This document shows positions 43,766-53,059 of a stretch of 60,496 nt of DNA, piece by piece. This DNA comes from Pyrinomonadaceae bacterium (GTDB taxonomy: Bacteria; Acidobacteriota; Blastocatellia; Pyrinomonadales; Pyrinomonadaceae), in the NCBI GenBank assembly GCA_035995005.1, contig DASYKW010000043.1:1-60496 (forward strand), read 5' to 3'. Made by a program: the position numbers and the translations under genes. The notes under the pieces are model-generated. The model ran no database searches and was not told the DNA's origin. It saw only the letters and a list, made by a program, of their open reading frames with translations. The number at the start of each line of letters is the position of its first letter. Position 1 is the stretch's first letter.

Positions 43766-45036
43766 TATTTGGGCGTGTTCACGAGCACAGTCACGGATGG
43801 CTGCGTCGCGACCCATAGTGCAAAGTCCCGAACGTCGCCGATAGTGACGGTGTCGAATGCCGCGCGATCGGTCTGCGGAACTGTGCTGTAGGTATCGACG
43901 TCGAGCCAGAATTGATCCGCACCGCGACCGGACCAATTAATAACAGCCGCTGCCCGAGCGGACCGAAATTCGGCGTCCGTGATCGCGTCGCCTAAAGCCT
44001 TTGCGATCAGCTCATTTGCCTCGATCTTGCCATTTCCGGCGCCGATGTCATTTTTGGCACCCGAGAAGCCGATCACGACCCAACCGGGCAAAACGTTGGC
44101 GTCGGCCCTTGCAAACACGCTTGCCGAGAGCGCCACGGGCACGCGTGTCTTCAGCCGGGCTTCCATAATTCGGGCGAATACGTCCGCTGCGGCCATGTCC
44201 TTGGCGTAACGGCTCGTGCCTCGCATCGCATAGCGAATAGCGAACCTGTCCGCGATCGGCGATACGAGCGTCTGCACTCCAACAGGTGGAATCTCCGGCT
44301 GCGCAAAGGTCGAGGGCACGCGTTTGTCAGCCTTAACCCAGCCGCCGAAGAATCGTTTGACGCCCCTAATGGCAAGGCTCCGGTCAAAGTTCCCTGAGAT
44401 CGTGATCGTTGCATCGTCAGCCGTAAGAAATCGACTCTTCGCCTCCATGAGGTCAACAAAATCGATCTTATTCAGCGACGCCTCGGTGCCCATCAGTGGC
44501 CGTCCATATGGGAACGTGCCGAACAATCTTTTTGCCGCAGCCGCATCCGCAACGCGATCCGGATCGGCCTCGAGAGTTTTGACCTTTACGAGCATCTCGG
44601 CCTTGAGGCGCGCGGTCGTCTCTTTGTCGATCACGGGATTGGAGACAGCACCGCCGAGCGTTTCGAGCGCTGCAATGAGGTTGCCGGGTGCGGCCGAAAT
44701 ATCGATCTCGATGTAATCGTAATTTGTGGTCACGTCGAGACCACCGCCCAAGTCCTGGGAAAAGTAATCGTGAGCGGCATCGGTCGGGAAGATGTTCATC
44801 GCGAGCATCTGCATCACACCTTCTTTGCCCCGCGGGTCGAAAGCCGAGCCCGCATGTACGCGAAGTTTTATCCAGACCTTGCCTGCCTTCGGGTCATTGA
44901 ATGTCAGGACTTTAAGGCCATTAAGGAGCGATTCCTTGCGCGGCTGCTGCAACGCCTGGGTCGATGCGACGACGCCAAGCGAGCCTGTCAGTAGAGCGAT
45001 AAACGCGAGTTTTTTGATGAGAAAGCTAAATTTCAT
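43765..45036 (-). CDS. M16 (pitrilysin/insulinase) family protein, non-catalytic type, secreted
   Basis: Signal peptide MKFSFLIKKLAFIALLTGSLGVVAS. M16 fold-like N-terminus, but the HxxEH position reads GVMQMLAMNIF with no His/Glu. Confidence 0.8.
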   Translation of the reverse strand: MKFSFLIKKLAFIALLTGSLGVVASTQALQQPRKESLLNGLKVLTFNDPKAGKVWIKLRVHAGSAFDPRGKEGVMQMLAMNIFPTDAAHDYFSQDLGGGLDVTTNYDYIEIDISAAPGNLIAALETLGGAVSNPVIDKETTARLKAEMLVKVKTLEADPDRVADAAAAKRLFGTFPYGRPLMGTEASLNKIDFVDLMEAKSRFLTADDATITISGNFDRSLAIRGVKRFFGGWVKADKRVPSTFAQPEIPPVGVQTLVSPIADRFAIRYAMRGTSRYAKDMAAADVFARIMEARLKTRVPVALSASVFARADANVLPGWVVIGFSGAKNDIGAGNGKIEANELIAKALGDAITDAEFRSARAAAVINWSGRGADQFWLDVDTYSTVPQTDRAAFDTVTIGDVRDFALWVATQPSVTVLVNTPK

Positions 45037-45311
45037 CGTATAGATAATTGCGACCAGCGGTTTTCATAGGTTAGTTGCCGAAGATCCGCCGTTTGTTGTC
45101 GCCCGGTGCGGCACGCTTGATAACAGAAAATATTAGGTCGTAGTGGGCATCGCGTCAAACTATTGTCGCATCTATGAGACGTAAGCGAAAACGGGCTCCG
45201 CAAGCGGTCTGGAACCCTATCTTAATTTCGCTAAACTTCTGAAAAAACCGCGGTATAATCGTTTTATTGGCTGTGCCGCTCTTGCTTGAGCGTGAGATCA
45301 GAGGCTAGAAG

Positions 45312-46643
45312 ATGGGAAAGATTTTAAAGTATTGCGGATCGTGTGACGAGGGGTTTGCCGAGAAGTTCGGCTTTTGCCCCAATTGCGGTGCAACACTGCA
45401 AGCTTTTGAGATGAATCCGCTTACGGGTGAGTCCGAGGCACCGGCTACGCTGGAAGCCGCAGCCGAGCCGCCCGCACCCGCATTCATTGCCGAGCCTGCC
45501 GAGGCGGCTACTCCTGAGATAAAGGCTTCGGCTCCCGATGAGGACCTGCTCGAGATTGAGGCTGCTCCTCCGCAGGAAGCTGAAGTTTACGACGAACCGG
45601 CGGCCGAGACACCTGAGATCGGGGAGCCCATGGCCGAGGAAGCGATTCCCGCAGCAGCAGCACCGGTGTTCTATCAGACATCGCCGATGTACGCGGACGC
45701 AAAGCCCGCTTCATTTGAGGACGCTCACAGCCAGGCCCAAAAAGAAGGCGAATACTACCTCACGGTCATTGAAGAGAAGAACGTGGGAACGCGCAACGGT
45801 CTTTTAGGCGGTGCGGCTGTCCTCATGGTCGGCATTCTGCTGACCGGGCTTGTGGTCAATATCTTTAGTCACGACCTCGATATCGGATCGATCAACGACG
45901 ACATTTTTAATGCCGTTCTCGTTGACGATATTCCCGCAGTCGTTGAGGACACGCCGCAGGAAAAGAAAGACAAGGATGCCGGCGGCGGCGGCGGCGGCGG
46001 CCGTCAGCAGGACGAGACCACACAAGGCGATCTCGCCAATCAAACCAAGAATCCGCAGCGTGCCCCTGAGGCGGTCCCTAGGATGGAGAATCCGTCCCTC
46101 GTACTTCCTCCAGCATCGACGCAGGGCAACAAGACATTTGAGCAGACGCACGATCGCTTTGGCGATCCGAACGGTCGCTTTACCAACTGGAACAACGGGA
46201 CTGGCTCGGGCGGCGGCCAAGGGAGCGGCACAGGCACGGGCCAGGGCAGCGGCCGCGGAACGGGAGCCGGCTCGGGTATCGGTTCGGGCTATGGCAGCGG
46301 AAATGGAAATGGCAATGGCAACGGGACCGGAGATGGCGATGACGGTAACGGTGCTCCGCCGCGTGCCGTAGGCGTCACCCAGGGTATCAAGATCATTTCG
46401 AAGCCGCGTCCCGGCTACACCGATACCGCTCGTCAGCAGAACATACAGGGCACCGTTATCCTTCGTGTCACATTCCTCGCGAATGGCTCGATCGGTGGCG
46501 TTTCCGCGGTCAAGGGCCTCGGGAGCGGTCTCACGGAACAGGCGATCGCTGCGGCGAAACGAATATCGTTCGAGCCGGCGAAGATCAACGGCGTTGCCCA
46601 GTCGGTCACAAAGCAGATCGAATACTCGTTCTCGATCTATTAA
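45312..46643 (+). CDS. TonB-family protein with N-terminal zinc ribbon and Gly-rich linker
   Basis: CGSCDEGFAEKFGFCPNCG, Pro/Glu/Ala-rich segment, TM (LLGGAAVLMVGILLTGLVVNIF), Gly/Asn-Gly repeats. C-terminal TonB_C (PGYTDTARQQNIQGTVILRVTFLANGSIG..). Confidence 0.88.
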   Translation: MGKILKYCGSCDEGFAEKFGFCPNCGATLQAFEMNPLTGESEAPATLEAAAEPPAPAFIAEPAEAATPEIKASAPDEDLLEIEAAPPQEAEVYDEPAAETPEIGEPMAEEAIPAAAAPVFYQTSPMYADAKPASFEDAHSQAQKEGEYYLTVIEEKNVGTRNGLLGGAAVLMVGILLTGLVVNIFSHDLDIGSINDDIFNAVLVDDIPAVVEDTPQEKKDKDAGGGGGGGRQQDETTQGDLANQTKNPQRAPEAVPRMENPSLVLPPASTQGNKTFEQTHDRFGDPNGRFTNWNNGTGSGGGQGSGTGTGQGSGRGTGAGSGIGSGYGSGNGNGNGNGTGDGDDGNGAPPRAVGVTQGIKIISKPRPGYTDTARQQNIQGTVILRVTFLANGSIGGVSAVKGLGSGLTEQAIAAAKRISFEPAKINGVAQSVTKQIEYSFSIY

Positions 46644-46663
46644 AACCTTGCTTTTGAAATAGA

Positions 46664-46692
46664 AAAGGCTGCCGTAATGGCAGCCTTTTTTG
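46664..46692 (+). terminator. intrinsic terminator after the TonB-like gene
   Basis: AAAGGCTGCC-GTAAT-GGCAGCCTTT followed by TTTTG. Confidence 0.85.
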
Positions 46693-46746
46693 TTGATAAC
46701 GACGCTGATCGAGCGTTAGTCCTAAACAGGGATGCTCGTCCTCCAG

Positions 46747-47130
46747 TCAGATCATGTCGCCTTCTTCTTTTGAATCCTCGTCCAGCTCAAAGCGGTCGCG
46801 ATCGCGCTTCTCCATCTTTTCGATAAAATCGAGCGGCTCATTGTCCTGAAAGTCGATACCCATCGCGTGTGCGTTTGCCTCGACATCCGATTGGTCGGGC
46901 GTTGGCTGAGATCCGCCGACGGATTCCTCGCCGGTGCTGTCGGTGTCCTCCCAGCGTGCGTCAATGTCACCGCCCGATTCCGCGGGTGAAGTCTCATGAT
47001 TTAGGTCGAGCCGTTCAAGAAGCTCGGCCGAGTCGGCGGGCTGGCTTGCGATCTCCTCGTCGATCTCGGCCTGAAACTCCTCGCTAATAACATTCGCGTC
47101 TTCGTAGATCTCTGGCAGTTCACCGTTCAT
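46747..47130 (-). CDS. highly acidic hypothetical protein (127 aa)
   Basis: Trimmed to ATG 47130, which has AGGGG 7 nt upstream and lies 13 nt after the upstream stop. Asp/Glu-rich throughout. Confidence 0.6.
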   Translation of the reverse strand: MNGELPEIYEDANVISEEFQAEIDEEIASQPADSAELLERLDLNHETSPAESGGDIDARWEDTDSTGEESVGGSQPTPDQSDVEANAHAMGIDFQDNEPLDFIEKMEKRDRDRFELDEDSKEEGDMI

Positions 47131-47143
47131 ATCATCCCCTCGT

Positions 47144-47416
47144 TTAGATAAAGACCACGGACTGCGACGACGGTATCTCAAACCGCTTGCGGCATCGCAT
47201 GTTGCTGCACATCAGCATGTCATCCATCCGGACCATGTAATCGCGTGACTTTGCGAGCTGTGCCCGCTCCTGTTCGTTCAGATTCCTTGGCGCGTTCTTC
47301 TTTTTTGTCCGCTTCATCCATCGAACGTCGTAATCGGCACGTTCCCGACAGTGTGGACAAGAGAAACTGGCCTTCTTGACCTCTTGCCTCTCATCAAAAA
47401 TATCGCGTTCTTGCAT
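47144..47416 (-). CDS. small zinc-ribbon protein (90 aa, hypothetical)
   Basis: CPHC..(48 aa)..CSNMRC cysteine pairs. Basic central helix. Confidence 0.6.
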   Translation of the reverse strand: MQERDIFDERQEVKKASFSCPHCRERADYDVRWMKRTKKKNAPRNLNEQERAQLAKSRDYMVRMDDMLMCSNMRCRKRFEIPSSQSVVFI

Positions 47417-47517
47417 AACCTAGTGTCCGCCTGACGACATTATACACCTTGGCTAGATAGCGACGGATCAGATGGATCGACACCAATAGCAAAAGACTGC
47501 GTATCTGCGACGTCGTG

Positions 47518-47826
47518 CTATCTGTTACTAAGTTCCCTTAGATATTTGAAGCTGAAGATGCCGGTGTCATGGCCGTCCGAGAATATAAAGTTGAGTGCGT
47601 AACGGCCGACGATGGCGGTGGACGATATAGTCAAGTCGTCGGGAATCTTTGCTGAGTCAAGTGTCTTTTCGCCGGTCCACTCGTTTACGCAGCCGGCGCA
47701 TGGGCAGACACGACGAAGTTCCGCCGCGCGATAGCGGTATTCCGTATCATCTGACCACTTTATTGAGATCTCACTATCGGATTCCTCGACTATTTGTGTA
47801 GGCTCTAGCATGGGAGATTCGATCAA
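47518..47826 (-). CDS. DUF971-type protein (gamma-butyrobetaine-hydroxylase-like N-terminal domain)
   Basis: 102 aa. ISIKWSDD..YRAAELRRVCPCAGCVNEWTGE..GRYALNFIFSDGHDTGIFSFKYLREL matches the DUF971 pattern as I remember it. Confidence 0.8.
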   Translation of the reverse strand: MIESPMLEPTQIVEESDSEISIKWSDDTEYRYRAAELRRVCPCAGCVNEWTGEKTLDSAKIPDDLTISSTAIVGRYALNFIFSDGHDTGIFSFKYLRELSNR

Positions 47827-48545
47827 ACGGTCGGTGGCGGTGGGCCAAAACCGGACGGGTGGATCCGGGGAAAGACTTTTCTATAGGCGACGACATTAGC
47901 CGCCGTAATGATCGGAATGACCAGATACATCCCGACGCAGAGAGCGAGATAGCCAGCGATGGCGAGGCAGAAATTTACCGCGATCAGTCCACCGATACCG
48001 CCTACATTCTTTAATGCTGCGCGTGCGCTGAGCTTGATCGCATCGACGCTTGAGAGTCCCCGATCGACGATCAGCGGAAACGCAAATATCAGCAACGAAT
48101 GGATCAAGACCATTCCGATCGCTATAACGACGTCGACCACGAGTGCTACGCCGACCGTAGTCAGGAGTTCATCGTCGCTCACCCGGCTGCCGCCTACGGC
48201 CTTCATGATTATCGGCAGATAGATCGTCCCAAAAGCCGCGACCATATAGACCACAATCGGGACGACGAACAAGATCGTTACGAACAAACTGCGGCCAAAA
48301 TACTTGAATCCCAGCCAAAGGTCGTCAAAAGCTACACGACCGCCGTCGATCTTTTTCAGGTAGCAGATAAAGATGCCGCAAACCATCGCGCCGATCAAGA
48401 TGTACATGGATGCGCCGCCGATCATAGCACCGACGATCGACACGGCAAAGAGCATCCAGTACTCATCCTTGATGAGCGCCCACGCCTCTTTGACGCACTC
48501 TATCGGACGTATTTGCCCGCTCGTAAATTCCTGTTGAGGTGTCAT
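47823..48545 (-). CDS. multi-pass membrane protein (hypothetical)
   Basis: ORF 47823..48917 trimmed to ATG 48545 (MTPQQEF..), which forms an ATGA overlap with the glgP stop. About six hydrophobic helices. Confidence 0.7.
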   Translation of the reverse strand: MTPQQEFTSGQIRPIECVKEAWALIKDEYWMLFAVSIVGAMIGGASMYILIGAMVCGIFICYLKKIDGGRVAFDDLWLGFKYFGRSLFVTILFVVPIVVYMVAAFGTIYLPIIMKAVGGSRVSDDELLTTVGVALVVDVVIAIGMVLIHSLLIFAFPLIVDRGLSSVDAIKLSARAALKNVGGIGGLIAVNFCLAIAGYLALCVGMYLVIPIITAANVVAYRKVFPRIHPSGFGPPPPTV

Positions 48546-50728
48546 TTGGCGGCGATAGAATAAATGTCGGTCATGTAATCGTGCAGCATACGGTCGCTGG
48601 AGAATTGTGGCGTTAGGGTCGCGATCGAGTTTCGCATTCGGGCGATCCATTCGCGTGGCAGGCCGCCGGCATCGGCGGAATAGTAGGTTGGAATTACCTC
48701 GTTTTCCAGCGTTGCATATAGGGCCGCCGAATCTGCCGCGTCCGTTTCTGCGTCTGTAAGGTCTTTTTCCAGATCGCCAATGCCAAAGCCGTTCTCGCCG
48801 TTGTAACCCTCGATCCACCATCCGTCGAGGATCGAGCAGTTGAGGACGCCGTTCATCGCGGCCTTCATCCCGCTCGTTCCGCTGGCCTCCATCGGACGCC
48901 GCGGGACGTTGAGCCATACATCGACGCCATGCGTCAGATAGCGTGCGACCTCCTGGTCATAATCCTGTATAAACACGGCCCGCTGCTGCCAGCCTGAATC
49001 GTGATTAATACTCATCAGCTTTTGCAGGATCGTCTTTGCGGTATTGTCCTGCGGATGGGCTTTACCGGCAAAAATGAACTGCACGGGCCGTTTCGGATCG
49101 TCGACCATCTTCAACAATCGCTCGAGATCGCGAAAGAGCAGGTCCCATCGTTTATAGGCCGCGACACGACGAGCAAAGCCGATGGTCAACGCATGCGGTG
49201 CCAGCAGGAGTGACGTGTCCTCGTGCTCGTTGATGGTTTCTTGCTGGCCGGCATCTTTCGTGAATACCCGTTCACGAACATACGCGACGAGGAGCTCCTT
49301 GAGTGACAGATGCGCGTTCCAAATGTCCTCATCCAACAGGGAATCGACAGCGGAACGCCAGCCATCGGCGTCTCGCATCAACTCGTGCCAATCGCTTCCA
49401 AACCGGTCGTTGAACAAGCCCTGGAATGCTGGTGCGATCCACGTCGGAGCGTGAACGCCATTTGTGACGGACGTGATCGGAACAGCGCCAGAGTCGCTAA
49501 GATCCGGAAACATTTTGAGCCATAGATCGCGCGATACCTCGCCGTGCTTGGCACTCACTCCATTCGTCGAGCGGCACATTCGGATCGCGAGCGGCGTCAT
49601 TCCGAAGAACTCCTTGTCGTCCGCAAGGTCGGCACGGCCGAGAGCGAGAAATTCGCTGGGCGTGAGCTTGAGTGAATCGACAAAGCCCTTGCTGAAACAT
49701 TCGATCAGCAGCTTAGGATCAAAAACGTCATTACCCGCGGCGACCGGCGTGTGCGTCGTGAAAACACACTTCTCACGCACCACTTTGGCTGCTATGGCAA
49801 AATCGTCATCGGCGAACTTTTCGAGATGCTCCCGCACGAGCTCGAGCGTAGAGAATGCCGCGTGGCCCTCATTTAGGTGATAAACATCGGGCTCGATGCC
49901 GAGCTTCCTCAGCAGCCGAACGCCGCCGAGACCCAGCACCTTTTCCTGAACGATCCGCGTCTCGGTGTCGCCACCATAAAGATGCCCTGTTATCAGGCGG
50001 TCTACGCGATCGTTCTCGGGGACATTGGTGTCCAGCAAATAGAGCGAGATCCGTCCGACGCGGGCCAGCCATGCCTGGGCGACGACGTCACGGCCGCGAA
50101 TATGCACGGTCACAGCAACGCGCTCTCCGGCGTCGTCGAATACTGGCGTCAGAGCAAGCTCCGAATCAAACCCGTCTGCGTAGCGTTCCTTTTGCCACCC
50201 GTCGTGACCGATCGTTTGGCGAAAATAGCCAAAGCGATACAGCAGCCCGATCGCGACCAGCGGCAAATTGAGATCGCTCGCCGATTTCAAATGGTCGCCC
50301 GCGAGGATGCCGAGACCCCCGGAATAATTGGGTAGGGAATTGTGGATGCCGTACTCTGCACAAAAGTACGCGATGCGGGCCTCGCTCGCGGGTTTTGCGG
50401 AGGACAGGTAATCATCAAACAGCCGTTCAAAGCAGGCGAGGCGCGCAACGTATGCCGGATCGGCAGCACGCTGCCAAAGCCGCAGATCGCTGATCTTTTT
50501 GAGTAAGACACGCGGATTCTGCTCAACGTCGTGCCAAAGACCCGGCGAGAGGTCGCGGAAAAGGTCCCTTCCGTGAGGCTGCCATGACCAGTAAAAGTTC
50601 TTAGAGATGCCTTCTAACGGCAAAAGTGCGGTTGGCAGCACACGTTGCAGTTCAAAATCGGACCTAAAAATGTCCTCGGCTTGTGTGCTTACAGCTTGGG
50701 CGGTGATATCTGTCGTTGCCTCCGTCAT
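48542..50728 (-). CDS. glgP: alpha-glucan (glycogen/maltodextrin) phosphorylase, GT35
   Basis: 728 aa. PLP-lysine motif EASGTSGMKAAMNG. N-terminal YFCAEYGIH..GGLGILAGDHLKSASD. Confidence 0.93.
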   Translation of the reverse strand: MTEATTDITAQAVSTQAEDIFRSDFELQRVLPTALLPLEGISKNFYWSWQPHGRDLFRDLSPGLWHDVEQNPRVLLKKISDLRLWQRAADPAYVARLACFERLFDDYLSSAKPASEARIAYFCAEYGIHNSLPNYSGGLGILAGDHLKSASDLNLPLVAIGLLYRFGYFRQTIGHDGWQKERYADGFDSELALTPVFDDAGERVAVTVHIRGRDVVAQAWLARVGRISLYLLDTNVPENDRVDRLITGHLYGGDTETRIVQEKVLGLGGVRLLRKLGIEPDVYHLNEGHAAFSTLELVREHLEKFADDDFAIAAKVVREKCVFTTHTPVAAGNDVFDPKLLIECFSKGFVDSLKLTPSEFLALGRADLADDKEFFGMTPLAIRMCRSTNGVSAKHGEVSRDLWLKMFPDLSDSGAVPITSVTNGVHAPTWIAPAFQGLFNDRFGSDWHELMRDADGWRSAVDSLLDEDIWNAHLSLKELLVAYVRERVFTKDAGQQETINEHEDTSLLLAPHALTIGFARRVAAYKRWDLLFRDLERLLKMVDDPKRPVQFIFAGKAHPQDNTAKTILQKLMSINHDSGWQQRAVFIQDYDQEVARYLTHGVDVWLNVPRRPMEASGTSGMKAAMNGVLNCSILDGWWIEGYNGENGFGIGDLEKDLTDAETDAADSAALYATLENEVIPTYYSADAGGLPREWIARMRNSIATLTPQFSSDRMLHDYMTDIYSIAAK

Positions 50729-50788
50729 GTATTTCCTGAAGGTTGTGAATATAAACTATGCGGCGGCGGACGGCAAAATGGCTGCTTT

Positions 50789-51328
50789 TTAGAAGACGTG
50801 GTGGCTGAGAAAGATCGCTGCGTCGCTCGATGTGTGAAAAACGAGTCTAACTTCAATAATTAGCGTATTAACAGCAAGAAAGTCGGCGATCGTACGGGAC
50901 GAGATCTCGGCCGATTGGGCCTTTGGGTAGCCATACACACCGGTCGATATCGCCGGGAATGCGATCGTCGTTAACCCATGCTCGGATGCGAGTGCGAGAG
51001 AATTCTCGTAACACGCCGCAAGGAGCTCGGCGGCGGGATGGTCGTGTCCGTATATCGGCCCGACGGTGTGAATGACGTGCCTTGCTGGCAGCTGTCCACC
51101 GGTTGTGATCACCGCTTCGCCTGTCGGCAGGCCGTCCGAATGGCTTGTTCGCCGGATCTCACGGCACGCGGCTAATATCTCGGGGCCGCCGCGGCGATGG
51201 ATCGCACCATCGACGCCTCCACCGCCGAGCAAGGTTGAGTTCGCGGCATTGACGATCGCATCGACGACTTCTTCAGTGATGTCGCCGACCTTAACGATGA
51301 CGCGATTATTTAGAAATGAGCCGGGCAT
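50789..51328 (-). CDS. macro-domain protein (O-acetyl-ADP-ribose deacetylase, YmdB-like)
   Basis: [35 protein letters not shown] and ISTGVYGYP motifs. Confidence 0.92.
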   Translation of the reverse strand: MPGSFLNNRVIVKVGDITEEVVDAIVNAANSTLLGGGGVDGAIHRRGGPEILAACREIRRTSHSDGLPTGEAVITTGGQLPARHVIHTVGPIYGHDHPAAELLAACYENSLALASEHGLTTIAFPAISTGVYGYPKAQSAEISSRTIADFLAVNTLIIEVRLVFHTSSDAAIFLSHHVF

Positions 51329-51347
51329 AGTAACATTTTAGCGAAGT

Positions 51348-52403
51348 ATGAACCTGAATATCATTCCCGTTCGCTGGTCCGATGACGGCGTTGAAATGCT
51401 CGACCAGCGGCTGCTGCCGACCGAGGAAAAATGGCTGACGCTCAAGACCTACGACGAGGTCGCAAAGGGCATCAAGGACATGGTCGTTCGCGGTGCACCC
51501 GCGATCGGCGTGTCGGCGGCCTATGGCGTCGCTCTCGCGGCCAAGAATTTTGTCGGCACAAGCGTCGCTGACCTCGAGGAAGATCTTGATTACGCGTCTG
51601 AGGTGCTCGGGGCGACACGACCCACGGCCGTGAACCTCTTTTGGGCGCTAGATCGAATGAAGCGCACTTTCCGAAAGGCAAAAGACGAAGGAAAGTCGGT
51701 CAGCGAGATCAAGGACATTCTAAAGATCGACGCCAAGGCGGTCCATGACGAGGACATAGAATCGCAGCGGCTGATCGCCAAATTCGGCGGTGAGCTGCTC
51801 GCGGACAACGATACGGTCCTCACGCACTGCAACGCCGGAGCTCTCGCGACCGGCGGCGTTTGGGGGACTGCTCTTGGCGTTATTCGCGGTGCGGTCGATG
51901 CCGGTAAGCATATCTCAGTGATCGCCGACGAGACGCGGCCTTACCTGCAGGGAGCACGCCTCACTGCGTGGGAGCTGATGCAGGACGACATTCCGGTCAC
52001 GCTCATCACCGACAACATGAGCGGCCACGTCATGAAAAAAGGCCGCGTCCAGGCCGTCGTCGTCGGCTCCGACCGCATCGCCGCCAACGGCGACGTCGCC
52101 AACAAGATCGGGACCTACATGGTCGCCGTTCTCGCGCGCCGTCACGGTATCCCGTTCTACGTCGCCGCTCCACTCTCGACAGTGGATCTCAACTGCCCGA
52201 CCGGCGACGAGATCCCGATCGAGGAACGCGACATCCGCGAGGTCACCCACATGAAGGACATCCAACTTGCGCCGGACGACGCCTTGGTGAGTAACTACGC
52301 CTTTGACGTCACGCCAAACGACCTCGTCACCGCGATCATCACCGAAAAGGGAGTGGCGAGGGCGCCGTATACGGAGAGTTTGAAGGCTCAGTTCGAGGGT
52401 TAG
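51348..52403 (+). CDS. mtnA: S-methyl-5-thioribose-1-phosphate isomerase
   Basis: eIF-2B alpha/beta/delta-like family. VRGAPAIGV, THCNAGALAT, GADRIAANGDVANKIGTY-type motif (VVGSDRIAANGDVANKIGTY). Confidence 0.93.
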   Translation: MNLNIIPVRWSDDGVEMLDQRLLPTEEKWLTLKTYDEVAKGIKDMVVRGAPAIGVSAAYGVALAAKNFVGTSVADLEEDLDYASEVLGATRPTAVNLFWALDRMKRTFRKAKDEGKSVSEIKDILKIDAKAVHDEDIESQRLIAKFGGELLADNDTVLTHCNAGALATGGVWGTALGVIRGAVDAGKHISVIADETRPYLQGARLTAWELMQDDIPVTLITDNMSGHVMKKGRVQAVVVGSDRIAANGDVANKIGTYMVAVLARRHGIPFYVAAPLSTVDLNCPTGDEIPIEERDIREVTHMKDIQLAPDDALVSNYAFDVTPNDLVTAIITEKGVARAPYTESLKAQFEG

Positions 52404-53059
52404 AATCGGCTGTATAACGGGTCGATGTTTTCGTTCACCCATTGCTGGATTTCGGGGCATTCATATTCGCCCCCGGTAAACCCTGCGTATTGAGGCATCA
52501 CAACCTGTCTTGACCCTTTCATGGTCGACTTTTTGTAGACCCTAAGAGCCAAAAGCGACGGCGCACGGTCTATGTTTATCTCCAATAGATATCCGTCGTA
52601 CAAGGTATCGTGCTGGTGAGAAATACTTTTGCATCCTGCGAGCAATGTGAGCGCCGTTCGGGCCGCTGCCACATCTGAGAATTGTACGTCCGGGCCCCGG
52701 GGCACCGCGTCCGCAACACTCTCCTCATCCCTATCCAATCGACGTATTGTTAATCCTGAAACCCTTGAAAGATCTAGGGTTCGATATTGTCTAACCGTAA
52801 GAAACGAAGGTACTCCCAGTATCGCCCCAAAGCTCATCCCGATTACGGTGATTACGAGGAAGATCGGATGCCATTTCATGGGCCAACGGACGACATCCGG
52901 CGTAGGATTCACGATCGAATCAACAGCCACAAAACGCTTTGCTCCGATCCGAAATCCGACAAAACGACCAAAGATAAGCGACACCACACTTAGGCAGATA
53001 CCGGCCATTGCGAACGCAATGCCGCCGGTAACAAATTCCGAATACGGGAGATCTATCAT
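52400..53059 (-). CDS. hypothetical membrane protein
   Basis: Trimmed to ATG 53059 (ATGA overlap with the upstream stop). Two TM helices (GIAFAMAGICLSVVSLIFGRFVGF; IFLVITVIGMSFGAILGV). Confidence 0.6.
   Translation of the reverse strand: MIDLPYSEFVTGGIAFAMAGICLSVVSLIFGRFVGFRIGAKRFVAVDSIVNPTPDVVRWPMKWHPIFLVITVIGMSFGAILGVPSFLTVRQYRTLDLSRVSGLTIRRLDRDEESVADAVPRGPDVQFSDVAAARTALTLLAGCKSISHQHDTLYDGYLLEINIDRAPSLLALRVYKKSTMKGSRQVVMPQYAGFTGGEYECPEIQQWVNENIDPLYSRF

Noticed and set aside
45978-46340. GGC runs and GGA/AAT-GGC periodicity considered as tandem repeats or a CRISPR-like array
   Set aside because: They are in frame within the TonB-like CDS and encode Gly and Asn-Gly low complexity. There is no repeat-spacer organisation.
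51329-51347. Only 19 bp between the divergent macro-domain and mtnA start codons
   Set aside because: This is unusual spacing but is explained by promoters lying inside the neighbouring coding regions. There is no extra structure to report.
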